Positions 18,661 to 27,891 of a stretch of 64,000 bases of DNA are shown in pieces. Origin of the DNA: Acidobacteriota bacterium (GTDB lineage: Bacteria; Acidobacteriota; UBA6911; RPQK01; JAJDTT01). Position numbers and translations under genes: made by a program. The stretch is from positions 5,888,001-5,952,000 of the forward strand of contig OZ253580.1 in the NCBI GenBank assembly GCA_965263035.1, written 5' to 3'. The notes under the pieces were generated by a model. That model was given only the letters and a program-made list of their open reading frames with translations, had not been told where the DNA came from and ran no database searches. Position 1 is the first letter of the stretch. Every line of letters starts with the position of its first letter.

Positions 18661-19999
18661 GAGCCTGTTCCCCGGCATGGCCTCCATGGCGGAAGAGCAA
18701 GGCCCGCAAGCGCCCCTCGCCGATAGGATGCGTCCCCTCGCCTTGGATCAGGTCGTCGGACAGGAACATCTTCTGGGTCCTGGAAAAATCCTTCAGGAAA
18801 TATCGGCTTCCGGTGAGATTCCGTCGCTGCTGCTCTGGGGCCCACCGGGAGTGGGCAAGACCACCTTGGCCCACCTTATGGCTCATAAGAGGAACTGTCA
18901 CTTCGTTTCCATCAGCGCCGTTCTGGCGGGGGTGAAGGAGGTCAAACGGGTAGTGCAGGTAGCCCGGGGCGAATGGCGCCTCCGACAACAACGAACCGTG
19001 CTCTTCGTCGACGAGATTCATCGCTTCAACAAGGCACAGCAGGATGCTTTCCTCCCCCATGTGGAGAATGGAACTCTGATTTTGATGGGGGCCACCACCG
19101 AGAATCCTTCCTTCGAGATCATCCCTCCGCTGCTCTCCCGCAGCCGGGTCCTGGTGCTTAAGGCTCTGGAAGAATCGCACCTGCTGATCTTGCTGCAACG
19201 GGCGCTCCAGGAGGAAAGGGGGTTGGGTCTCTGGAAGCTGCGGGCGGAGGAGGGTTGTCTTGAGACGATCGCCCGGTTCGCCGATGGGGATGCGCGGATC
19301 GCGCTCAATTCGCTGGAACTGGCAGCTCAACTGGTTCGCCGGTCCCAATCGGGAGATGCGGTCATCACACGTGACATTGTGCGGGTAGCGCTGCAGACCC
19401 GCACTCTCCGTTACGACAAGTCCGGCGAGGAGCACTACAATCTGATATCGGCCCTTCACAAGTCACTGCGCAACAGTGACCCCGACGCGTCCCTGTACTG
19501 GATGGGAAGGATGTTGGAAGCGGGGGAAGATCCCCTCTATATCGCCCGGCGGATGGTCCGCTTCGCCTCCGAGGACATCGGTTTGGCCGATCCGGACGCG
19601 CTCGGGCGTGCCATCGACGCCATGCAGGCCGTTCGTTTCATCGGCCTCCCCGAAGGAAAGCTGGCGTTGGCCCAGTTGGCCGTCTATCTGGCGCAGGCTC
19701 CCAAGTCGAACCGGATCTACGAGGCCTACGCGCGGGTCGAGAAGGACGTGACCAGCACTCGCAACCAACCCGTCCCCCTGCACCTGAGGAACGCTCCCAC
19801 CAGCCTGATGAAGGAACTCGGTTACGGCCGCAACTATCGTTACGCCCACAACGAACCGGACCGAGTAACCGATATGGTTTGCCTGCCTCCAAATCTGGCA
19901 GGCCGACGCTATTTTGAACCGAGTGACGAGGGCTTCGAGCGCCGCGTTCGGACCCGGCTGGAAAATCTCGAGCAGGTGAAGAAGCGCAACCGCGAATAA
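18653..19999 (+). CDS. rarA: Replication-associated recombination protein A (RarA/MgsA)
   Basis: PLADRMRP, WGPPGVGKTT, DEIHRFNKAQQD, GATTENPSF, HYNLISALHKSLR.SD, SEDIGLAD, VPLHLRNA. Confidence 0.96.
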   Translation: MNKSLFPGMASMAEEQGPQAPLADRMRPLALDQVVGQEHLLGPGKILQEISASGEIPSLLLWGPPGVGKTTLAHLMAHKRNCHFVSISAVLAGVKEVKRVVQVARGEWRLRQQRTVLFVDEIHRFNKAQQDAFLPHVENGTLILMGATTENPSFEIIPPLLSRSRVLVLKALEESHLLILLQRALQEERGLGLWKLRAEEGCLETIARFADGDARIALNSLELAAQLVRRSQSGDAVITRDIVRVALQTRTLRYDKSGEEHYNLISALHKSLRNSDPDASLYWMGRMLEAGEDPLYIARRMVRFASEDIGLADPDALGRAIDAMQAVRFIGLPEGKLALAQLAVYLAQAPKSNRIYEAYARVEKDVTSTRNQPVPLHLRNAPTSLMKELGYGRNYRYAHNEPDRVTDMVCLPPNLAGRRYFEPSDEGFERRVRTRLENLEQVKKRNRE

Positions 20000-20071
20000 C
20001 GAAGATACCGCCGAGCGTTCGAGCCTGCAGGTGCCGGACACGAACGACCCGCGCAGCGCCGCTCGTTCGCT

Positions 20072-21610
20072 TCACTGCGGAGAAGAAGTAGAGGGACCGG
20101 TCCTGGGGGCGTCGACCAACACCTGGAGAAACTCTTCCTGGAGAGCTTCCAGATCCGCCTCGTCTCCCTTGAGATGATTGACCAGCATGGCAAAGGCCAG
20201 GGTCTCACCATCTACCGTCTTGAGGAAACCGGATAGCGCCCGGACTCCCTCCATGGACCCGGTCTTGGCCTGGATCCGACCCTTCAAACCGGGGGCCGTC
20301 ATCCGCCAGCGAAGAGTGCCGTCGGTTCCCGCCGCCGGCAGCCATTGCCGAAAGGCGGTCCCATAGGATTGCCGGTGCACGTGTTCCAGGAGTCGCACCA
20401 CGGCACCCGCCGAGATCAAATTGTGCCGAGAAAGCCCGGAACCGTCCGCCAGCAGGAAGCTGTCCGGGTCCAGGCCGATTCGACGAGTGAGAACCGACTC
20501 CATCCGGGCCAGCCCCTCTTGGGCGCGTTTCCGTCTCGGGGCTCGGTCCAGCATCCTCAAGAGCGTCTCTCCGTACAGGTTCTGGCTGATTTTCAGGAAG
20601 ACTCGCAATACTTGCGGGAGGGGCGGAGAGTCGTGGGAGAAGAGTTCCCTCCTGGATTCACCTGAATCCCCCTGGACATTCTCGCCCGCCCGGTAACCCA
20701 TCAGTTCGAGGTGACTGGACCTCAGGAATTCAGCGAACGTGTTGGTGAAGTAGCGGACCGGGTTCCGGACCGCGACTCTGAGCCAGATCGGCTCCTGAGA
20801 GGGTTCCACGGCACCTTCCAACACGACCTCCGCTTCCAGCTTTGGCCACTTCAGCTCCAACTCTTGACGCGGACCGGTCCGGATCTGATTTCGCCAACGG
20901 ATCAGCGCCGTTCGCGGGCGCCACAGCAGGTGGGCCAGAGCTCCTGTGTCAGTCGGGGAGACGCGGACCAGAGCGACGCCCTCGTTGTACTGCAGACCGC
21001 TGGGGGAGGCGCCGTAGCCGTAGACCAGATCGTCCCAAGCCCAACCTCGCCCGGGGCCCTCCGTCTCCAGCAGGCTGTCGTCGGCCAACAGAGTTCCTCG
21101 GATTCGATGGATTCCCAGATTCCGCAGATTCGCTCGCCACTGCCGGAACACGGCGAGAGGATCCCCCTCTTCCATCTTCTCGAGATCGGGGCTATTGAAG
21201 CGTGCGCCAAGAGTCGGATCTCCGCCTCCCTGGATGATGAGATTTCCCTCCAACGTCCCGTCCTCGATCCGGCCATCGGTCCAGATCCGAGTCGTGAACC
21301 GGAAGTCCAGCCCCAGGCCTTCGATGGCCGCGACGGCGGTCAGAAGCTTCAGATTGGAAGCGGGTATCAGACGCTTTCGGGGATTCTCGGCAAACAAGAT
21401 CTTCCCGGTGTCCAGGGACTGAACCTGGACTCCCCAGGAGGATCGAACCAGAACGGGAGCCGACAGAACCTGTCCCAGCCGATCCTCCAGGCGGGGATTG
21501 CCAGGTCCGGCGGTGGCGGGAGATCCGATCCGCGAGCCCGAAGTCCCGCCGCCGTAAGCCTGCGAACAGCCGAAGAAAAGCAATCCACAGAGCGTGCGCA
21601 CCATGGTCAT
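20072..21610 (-). CDS. dacB: D-Ala-D-Ala carboxypeptidase/endopeptidase PBP4 (peptidase S13)
   Basis: PASNLK (SxxK), GGGDPTL, SQNLYGE (SxN), DGSGLSRHN, AKTGS. Confidence 0.93.
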   Translation of the reverse strand: MTMVRTLCGLLFFGCSQAYGGGTSGSRIGSPATAGPGNPRLEDRLGQVLSAPVLVRSSWGVQVQSLDTGKILFAENPRKRLIPASNLKLLTAVAAIEGLGLDFRFTTRIWTDGRIEDGTLEGNLIIQGGGDPTLGARFNSPDLEKMEEGDPLAVFRQWRANLRNLGIHRIRGTLLADDSLLETEGPGRGWAWDDLVYGYGASPSGLQYNEGVALVRVSPTDTGALAHLLWRPRTALIRWRNQIRTGPRQELELKWPKLEAEVVLEGAVEPSQEPIWLRVAVRNPVRYFTNTFAEFLRSSHLELMGYRAGENVQGDSGESRRELFSHDSPPLPQVLRVFLKISQNLYGETLLRMLDRAPRRKRAQEGLARMESVLTRRIGLDPDSFLLADGSGLSRHNLISAGAVVRLLEHVHRQSYGTAFRQWLPAAGTDGTLRWRMTAPGLKGRIQAKTGSMEGVRALSGFLKTVDGETLAFAMLVNHLKGDEADLEALQEEFLQVLVDAPRTGPSTSSPQ

Positions 21611-21808
21611 TGACCGGTCTTTGGGCACGGGGCAGAGATTACGTCCGTCATAGTCTTCATGGCAACCCGCGGCAGCCTGGCGGCTCTGCGCTCCTGGCCC
21701 GCATTTGCGCCCGAATCGCCGATCATAGGGCAAGAAATATCTTATCCTCAGAGGCTTCGGGGTTTATTATCGAAGCCTTTCGGGCCCCGACTCTGATGGA
21801 ATGAATCG

Positions 21809-23269
21809 ATGCGATATTTGTCGGTGGACAAGATCTCCGAAACGCGATTGGAGTTCATCCCCTCTCCCGAGGTCCCCCCACAGACCTTTTCCGGCCCCCA
21901 ATTGACACGGTGGACCGAGCGTTATGCCGCCGCGCTCCACCACAGGGGAATTCGGGCCGGCGACCGGGTTGCCCTGCATCTGCCAAACTCTCCGGAGTTG
22001 GTTGTGGCGCTTCTGGGCAACCACCTGCTGGGCGTCGTGACGGTTCCGGTCACTTCTGCGGCTACGATGCAGGAATTGGAGTACGTGGCGGGCCGGGCCG
22101 AGATTTCAGGCCTCGTCGGTTCCAATCCCTACCCCGGGCAGGTGGGAATGCAACTCTTGAAGGAAGAGTTCTGGGATATTCTGCAGGAACAAGAGGGCGG
22201 CTTCCCGGAAGCGGACGATTCGGAGGCGCCGGCCCTGCTCTGCTTCACCTCCGGGACCACCGCGCGCCCCAAGGGAGTCCTCCTGACTCACCGAAACATC
22301 CGGAGCAATCTCCGGGATTTGATCCAGGTCTGGCAATGGTCTCAGGCGGACCGCCTCTTGTTGACGCTGCCGCTGTTCCATGTTCACGGACTGGTCGTGG
22401 CGCTTCATGGATGGGCCATGACGGGGTGCCAAGCAATCCTCAGCCGAAAGTTCGATCCGAACCAGGTCCTGGATCTGTTGACCCGGAGGGGCTGCACGCT
22501 GTTCATGGGTGTGCCCACCATGTACCACCGGATGGTGTCCGCCTTCGATCCGCAGGTCCACAGCTTTGACACTCTCCGCTTGGCGATCAGCGGGTCCGCT
22601 CCCATGTCGGTGGAACTGCACCGCAAGTGCCGCGAAATGACCGGACAGACCATTTTGGAACGGTACGGAATGACAGAGACCATCATGAATACTTCCAACC
22701 CGTTCCACGGGCGCCTCCCAGGATCGGTCGGACTTCCCCTGCCCTCGGTCCAACTCCGCCTGATCGACGAACAGATGAAGGAGATCCAGGAAGACAGGCA
22801 GATCGGGGAAGTCTGTGTGCGCGGCCCCAACGTCTTTGGCGGCTACTGGAGGGATCCGGAGGCGACATCCAAGGCCTTTCTGGGGGGTTGGCTGCGCACG
22901 GGAGATGCCGGTTACCGTGACGAAAACGGTTTCTACCACCTGGTGGGCCGGCTGAGCGTGGACCTGATCAAATCGGGTGGCTATCGCATCGGCTCCCGGG
23001 AGGTGGAGGACGTCCTGGAGCGTCACCCGGGAGTCCTCGAAGTGGCGGTGGTCGGACTTCCCGACCCGGACTTGGGAGAAAAGGTGGCGGCGTTTGTAGT
23101 AACCGATGGGACGGCCAGCCAGGAGGACCTGGCGGCTCTTTGCCGATCCGCGCTGGCCCTCTTCAAGTGTCCCCGAGTGTTCCTCATCGTCGATTCCCTG
23201 CCTCGAAACGCCATGGGAAAGGTCACCAAGTCAGTCCTTAAGACCGCGCCGCACGATGGATCTGCGTAG
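21809..23269 (+). CDS. Acyl-CoA synthetase, malonyl-CoA synthetase (MatB)-like
   Basis: FTSGTTARPKG, LPLFHVHGL, FMGVPTMY, ILERYGMTE, TGD, LPRNAMGKV. Confidence 0.88.
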   Translation: MRYLSVDKISETRLEFIPSPEVPPQTFSGPQLTRWTERYAAALHHRGIRAGDRVALHLPNSPELVVALLGNHLLGVVTVPVTSAATMQELEYVAGRAEISGLVGSNPYPGQVGMQLLKEEFWDILQEQEGGFPEADDSEAPALLCFTSGTTARPKGVLLTHRNIRSNLRDLIQVWQWSQADRLLLTLPLFHVHGLVVALHGWAMTGCQAILSRKFDPNQVLDLLTRRGCTLFMGVPTMYHRMVSAFDPQVHSFDTLRLAISGSAPMSVELHRKCREMTGQTILERYGMTETIMNTSNPFHGRLPGSVGLPLPSVQLRLIDEQMKEIQEDRQIGEVCVRGPNVFGGYWRDPEATSKAFLGGWLRTGDAGYRDENGFYHLVGRLSVDLIKSGGYRIGSREVEDVLERHPGVLEVAVVGLPDPDLGEKVAAFVVTDGTASQEDLAALCRSALALFKCPRVFLIVDSLPRNAMGKVTKSVLKTAPHDGSA

Positions 23270-23290
23270 GAGCGCCCCTTGTGGGCGCCC
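23266..23290 (+). repeat. Single GTAG-type REP-like palindrome
   Basis: GTAG-GAGCGCCC-CTTGT-GGGCGCCC. The TAG is the ligase stop codon. Confidence 0.5.
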
Positions 23291-23366
23291 TCTTTCCTCT
23301 CTTCTCCATCCTCACAACGTAGTAGACTGACGGACGACGAACCCGAGACGCAGGAAGGATTACGCC

Positions 23367-24008
23367 ATGTTTAAACATATTTCCGTTCTCACGGCGCTGA
23401 TCTTGTGTGCTTCCCCGGCCCCCAGCGCTGCACAATTGGGAAGCAAGCCCGCCAAAGAATGGATCAAGTCGATGGAACGGCCCGGACGCCTCGCGAAACT
23501 CAAGACCGACGAGATCATAACCCGGTTGGAACTGAAACCGGGTGATCTGGTGGCGGACGTCGGCGCCGGCAGCGGTGTTTTCAGTTGGCCACTGGCTCGA
23601 GCCGTGGCGCCCGGAGGTACCGTGTATGCCGTCGAGGTGGACCCAGGTTTTCTCGATTTCATCCGAGAGGGCGCGCAGAAGAGAGGCCTGGACAACGTCT
23701 TCCCCGTGTTGGGAGAGTTCACCGATCCCAAGTTACCGGTTCGGAACCTGGACTTGGCCTACTTTCACAACGTCCTGCACCACATCGAGGGGCGTCAGGC
23801 CTACCTCCAGACGTTCTCCGGGTATCTGAAGCCGAATGCACGTATCGTCATCATCGACCTGATCGAGGGACACAAAGAGCCCGAAATGAAGATGACTCTG
23901 GATCAGGTCAAGGATTGGATGGCCGCCATCGGCTTCCGGATGACCGGAGAATACTCCGTCGTCGAGGACCGCTTCTTCGCCGTCTTTTCCCGGGGTCCGG
24001 CCTCCTGA
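23367..24008 (+). CDS. Class I SAM-dependent methyltransferase with apparent signal peptide
   Basis: VADVGAGSGVF, VYAVEVD, VLHHIE. Hydrophobic N-terminus ending ...PSAA|Q. Confidence 0.85.
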   Translation: MFKHISVLTALILCASPAPSAAQLGSKPAKEWIKSMERPGRLAKLKTDEIITRLELKPGDLVADVGAGSGVFSWPLARAVAPGGTVYAVEVDPGFLDFIREGAQKRGLDNVFPVLGEFTDPKLPVRNLDLAYFHNVLHHIEGRQAYLQTFSGYLKPNARIVIIDLIEGHKEPEMKMTLDQVKDWMAAIGFRMTGEYSVVEDRFFAVFSRGPAS

Positions 24009-24039
24009 TGCCAGCGGGCAGGTTCACGCTGCCGGAGTT

Positions 24040-25128
24040 TCAAGCGAACGTGGACTTGTTGAACACGTAGGGCATCTTGGACGGATCCCCTCCGTAATTC
24101 CCTTCCAGGACGTCGATGATTCCCTGGGCGGTTCGACCCGCCATGCCCAGGTCCGGATCTCCCGAAAGCCGCGTCCGCCGTCCGCCGCTGGCGAAGTGGT
24201 GAAAGATGCGCAATCGGTCTTCCAGATCCGGATCTCTCATAGGGGAGTCGGCCGGAAGCGGCTCCTGCTCGAATACATCCAAGGCGGCGCCGGCGATCTG
24301 ACTCTTGCGGAGGGCCCTGACCAACGCGTCAGGGTCCACCACAGGACCCCGGGAGGTGTTGATGAGATAGGCTGTCGGTTTCATCAACTCCAGGGCCTCG
24401 TCATCGATGAGATGGTGAGTTTCGGGCGTGAGGGGAACGTGCAGGCTGATGTAATCAGCCTGGCGAAAAGCCTCGTCGAAAGATGTCCAGCGAATAGTGG
24501 AACGTCGAATGGACAGGCCCTGTTCGTACTTGAAGTCGAAGAGCGCCTGCACCGACTCCACAAAGGACCGGTCCTCCGGCATAAGGTCGCAACAGAGGAT
24601 GTCGGTGTCCAATCCGGTGCATTTGAGTAGAAAGGCCCGCCCGATGCGTCCGGTTCCGATCACGGCGACCGTCTTGCCCGTGACCTCATCCCCCAGGAAC
24701 GGAACATAGGGATGCCATGTCTCCCATCGGCTTTCCCGGACCAGCCGCTCACTCGGGTAGAGCTTTCGCGAAACGCAACCCATTATGAAAAAGGCAAATT
24801 CGGCCGTCGCATCGGTCAGTACCACGGCCGTATGGGTGTAGGGCACCCGGTACTTGCGGGCTGCCGCTTCGTCGATATTGTCGACACCCACGGCAATCTG
24901 GGACACCACCTTCAAGGTCCCCTGACCCGCCTGAAACACCTCCTCATCGATGGGGTCGCGCAACGTGGTGATGAGCCCGTCGATTCCCGACTTGACCTTC
25001 TCCACGATCAGCGCCTTCGGCGGAGGCTCGACGTGGGAATACACTTCGACCTGGTATCCCCGGTCCGTCAGGCGCTTGAACCCTTCTTCTCCAATGTCAC
25101 AGGTTGCGTAGATGCGATAACTCTTCAT
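24040..25128 (-). CDS. D-2-hydroxyacid dehydrogenase (glyoxylate/hydroxypyruvate reductase type)
   Basis: AVGVDNID, DATAE, GTGRIG, SLHVPLTPETHHLI, INTSRGPVVD, AALDVFEQEP. Confidence 0.92.
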   Translation of the reverse strand: MKSYRIYATCDIGEEGFKRLTDRGYQVEVYSHVEPPPKALIVEKVKSGIDGLITTLRDPIDEEVFQAGQGTLKVVSQIAVGVDNIDEAAARKYRVPYTHTAVVLTDATAEFAFFIMGCVSRKLYPSERLVRESRWETWHPYVPFLGDEVTGKTVAVIGTGRIGRAFLLKCTGLDTDILCCDLMPEDRSFVESVQALFDFKYEQGLSIRRSTIRWTSFDEAFRQADYISLHVPLTPETHHLIDDEALELMKPTAYLINTSRGPVVDPDALVRALRKSQIAGAALDVFEQEPLPADSPMRDPDLEDRLRIFHHFASGGRRTRLSGDPDLGMAGRTAQGIIDVLEGNYGGDPSKMPYVFNKSTFA

Positions 25129-25187
25129 CTGGCATTCGACTCCTGTTTCCCGCTTCTCTCCGAATCGAGGTCTGGTATCAGACCATA

Positions 25188-25349
25188 CCAGCCCGTGGCA
25201 AAAGTCGTCACGGCATTCGACCGTCCCTGCATCGTGCGCGGACTGCGTTGCTATCGGCTCACATACTCCCGGTATGCTCCCTCCGTTGCGCCTGGTCCGG
25301 CGGGCGCAGGAACGGTCTCGGTGCTCGCGCGACTTTCACCGCGGACTGG
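25188..25349 (+). repeat. MITE-like family B, copy 1 (162 bp)
   Basis: TA-flanked. TIR CAGCCCGTGGCAAAAGTC / GACTTTCACCGCGGACTG. Four copies in the window. Confidence 0.88.
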
Positions 25350-26517
25350 TAGCCGCCCACTTCGCCAAAGCTGTCTTCATTTTCCGGACTCCCTTTTCCA
25401 GCAGTTCCAGGGAGGTGGCATAGGAAAGACGCAGGTAGCCCTGTCCCATGGTTCCAAAGGAGGTCCCGGAAAGGAGCGCGACCCCCCCTTCCTGCAACAG
25501 GAAATCAGCCAGCTTCGGAGAATCGTCGGATAGGGCCCGCGTGTTGGGAAAAACGTAAAAGGCGCCTTTTGGCAGCCGACAGGAGACACCCTCGACGCTG
25601 TTCAGGAGATCGACGATTCGATCCCTCCGAGTCTGGAAGACCTTCACCATATCGTGGACCGGCTTCGGATCCTGATGGAGCGCCTGGATTCCGGCCATCT
25701 GGGTGAAGGCGGCCGTACAGGAATTGGAGTTGACCATGAGCTTGGTCATGTGCCCGGCCAGTTCCTTGGGCATGATGCCGTAACCCATCCGCCAACCGGT
25801 CATGGCGTAGGTCTTGGAGAACCCGTCGAGCAGAATGGTCCGCTCCTTCATGCCGGGAAAGGAAGCGATACTCACATGGGGTTCGTCGTAAATGATGCGA
25901 TTGTAGACTTCATCGGAGAGAAAGAGAACGTCGGTATCCGCGAACGCGTCGACGATGGCGGCGAGATCTCCCCGGTTCAAGACCGAACCGGTGGGGTTAC
26001 TGGGAGAGTTGAGAATGATGAGACGGGTGCGCGGGCTGGACAAGTCGACCAGTTCCTGGATATCGATCCGAAAATCCAGTTCCTCCCGCAATGGGACGGG
26101 CACCGGCCGCGCCCCCACATACCGGATCATCGACTCGTAGATGGGGAACCCCGGATCAGGATAGATCACCTCGTCCCCCTTCTGAGCCAAGGCCAGCAGG
26201 GAAAAAAATATGATCGGCTTGGCGCCGGGCGTCACTACGACCTCATCCGGATCGACTGCGATCTGCCTGGTCTGGGAGATCTCCCGGGCGATGGCTTGGC
26301 GCAGCGGAAGGATGCCCGCCGACGGAGTGTAGTGGTGATGGCCGCCTCTCAACGCCTCGACCGCCGCCTCGACGATGTCTTCATGGGTATTGAAGTCGGG
26401 CTCTCCGATCTCCAGGTGGACGATGTCCCGGCCTTGCGCTTCCAAACCCTTGGCTCGAGCCAGCACCTCGAAAGCCGTCTCCGTCCCCAAATTGGACATT
26501 CGATGCGCCAACTGCAT
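25336..26517 (-). CDS. PLP-dependent class I/II aminotransferase (AspC-like)
   Basis: LEIGEPDF, YTPSAGI, PG.PIY, NSPSNPTG, SDEVY, GFSKTYAMTGWRMG, GAFYVF, LRLSYA. Stop codon lies in MITE-B copy 1. Confidence 0.93.
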   Translation of the reverse strand: MQLAHRMSNLGTETAFEVLARAKGLEAQGRDIVHLEIGEPDFNTHEDIVEAAVEALRGGHHHYTPSAGILPLRQAIAREISQTRQIAVDPDEVVVTPGAKPIIFFSLLALAQKGDEVIYPDPGFPIYESMIRYVGARPVPVPLREELDFRIDIQELVDLSSPRTRLIILNSPSNPTGSVLNRGDLAAIVDAFADTDVLFLSDEVYNRIIYDEPHVSIASFPGMKERTILLDGFSKTYAMTGWRMGYGIMPKELAGHMTKLMVNSNSCTAAFTQMAGIQALHQDPKPVHDMVKVFQTRRDRIVDLLNSVEGVSCRLPKGAFYVFPNTRALSDDSPKLADFLLQEGGVALLSGTSFGTMGQGYLRLSYATSLELLEKGVRKMKTALAKWAATSPR

Positions 26518-26576
26518 GGCGGTCATTCTCAGGGGCGGACCCCGATTCGTCAAGTATTGCCAGCGAGGGGTCCTTA

Positions 26577-26737
26577 GCAGCCCGTGGCAAAAGTCGTCAC
26601 GGCATTCGACCGTCCCTGCATCGTGCGCGGACTGCGTTGCGACTCGGCCACAGACTCCCGGCATGCTCCCTCACCGCGCCTTGTCCGGCGGGCGCAGGAA
26701 CGGTCTCGGTGCTCGCGGGACCTTCACCACGGACGGC
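26577..26737 (+). repeat. MITE-like family B, copy 2 (161 bp)
   Basis: TA-flanked homologue in the divergent intergenic region. Confidence 0.88.
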
Positions 26738-26748
26738 TAGACCGGAAC

Positions 26749-26757
26749 TGCTATAAT
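26749..26757 (+). promoter_or_regulatory. Extended -10 element (TGnTATAAT) upstream of the GNAT gene
   Basis: TGCTATAAT, 29 nt before ATG 26787. Confidence 0.55.
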
Positions 26758-26786
26758 CCGGCAGCGGACCCGGACGGGACCCGACC

Positions 26787-27701
26787 ATGGCTGATCTCCT
26801 ACCTGAACGGACGGTTCAGACCGGCATCCAAACCATTCGTCTCAGAGCTCTAACCACAATCGGAGAAATGGATCAGGTCGTCGACCTGGAGGAACAGATC
26901 TGGGGGTACGGCACACCCGGCTCCGATTCCCCCTACCCGGCTCGAGCCCTGTTCGCCGTGGCCGAGAGTGGGGGGCTGGTGGCCGGAGCCTTTGCCGGCG
27001 GCGATCTGGTCGGGTTTACTCTCGCCTGGCTGGGGTCGGAAAACGGGACGCGAGTTCCCTACCTCCACAGCCAACTCATGGGCGTCCTCCCGGCTTTCCG
27101 TTCCCACGGCATCGGGTACCACTTGAAGCTGTTCCAGAGGGACTACGCATTGGGTTCGGGGCTGGATCTGATCAAGTGGACCTTTGATCCACTCCTTGCG
27201 GCGAACGCCCACTTGAACCTGAAGAAGCTGGGAGGCGTGATTCGGTCGTACCTCCCCAACTACTATGGGAACCTGCAGAGTCACTTCACCAGGGGGATCG
27301 CTTCCGACCGGGTGTGGGTCTCCTGGTTCGTCAAGTCGCAACGCGTCCGGCAAAGGATCGACCGGTCGTCCTCATCCACGTCAACGGGTGCCGGCCGGCC
27401 CTGGGCCACCCGGGTGAAACCTGATCCGATCAGCGGTCTTGCACGTCTGTCCGGGTTCCGGATCGACCTGGATTCGAAACGGCTGTTGGTCGAGGTGCCC
27501 GGCGACTTCAACACGCTTCGGAGAACGGAGCCGAAGCTGGCTCGAGAGTGGCAGCAGAAGATTCGTGAGATCTTCGTCCACTACCTGAACCGGAGCTATT
27601 GCGCCTCGGATTTCTTCTTCATGGATGGACAAAGCGCCTACCTGCTGGATCGCTCACCCCTGCCTCAGATCCTGAATTCGGAACAGGAGTCTGCGCGGTA
27701 G
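26787..27701 (+). CDS. GNAT-family acyltransferase (WTFDPL type)
   Basis: YLHSQLMGVLPAFRSHGIG..LK..QR, WTFDPL...NA.LN..KLG, NYYG, SDR. Stop supplied by MITE-A copy 2. Confidence 0.85.
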   Translation: MADLLPERTVQTGIQTIRLRALTTIGEMDQVVDLEEQIWGYGTPGSDSPYPARALFAVAESGGLVAGAFAGGDLVGFTLAWLGSENGTRVPYLHSQLMGVLPAFRSHGIGYHLKLFQRDYALGSGLDLIKWTFDPLLAANAHLNLKKLGGVIRSYLPNYYGNLQSHFTRGIASDRVWVSWFVKSQRVRQRIDRSSSSTSTGAGRPWATRVKPDPISGLARLSGFRIDLDSKRLLVEVPGDFNTLRRTEPKLAREWQQKIREIFVHYLNRSYCASDFFFMDGQSAYLLDRSPLPQILNSEQESAR

Positions 27702-27846
27702 AAATGATCGTAGCGAGAAATCGGGGAATCGAGGCCAGATTTTCTCGATTTTGAGGTGCATAGTTGTTCTATTCGCCGAGAAATCGGGGAAATATGGACC
27801 GATTCTACCGCTTTCGCAGTAGCTCAATTTCTGCGGCGCAGGCTCC
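27686..27846 (+). repeat. MITE-like family A, copy 2 (161 bp)
   Basis: Same TIRs, flanked by CA...CA. Confidence 0.88.
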
Positions 27847-27891
27847 CAGCCCATTTGACCACGGTCCGGGAACGTAGGACCATAAGCCGCC

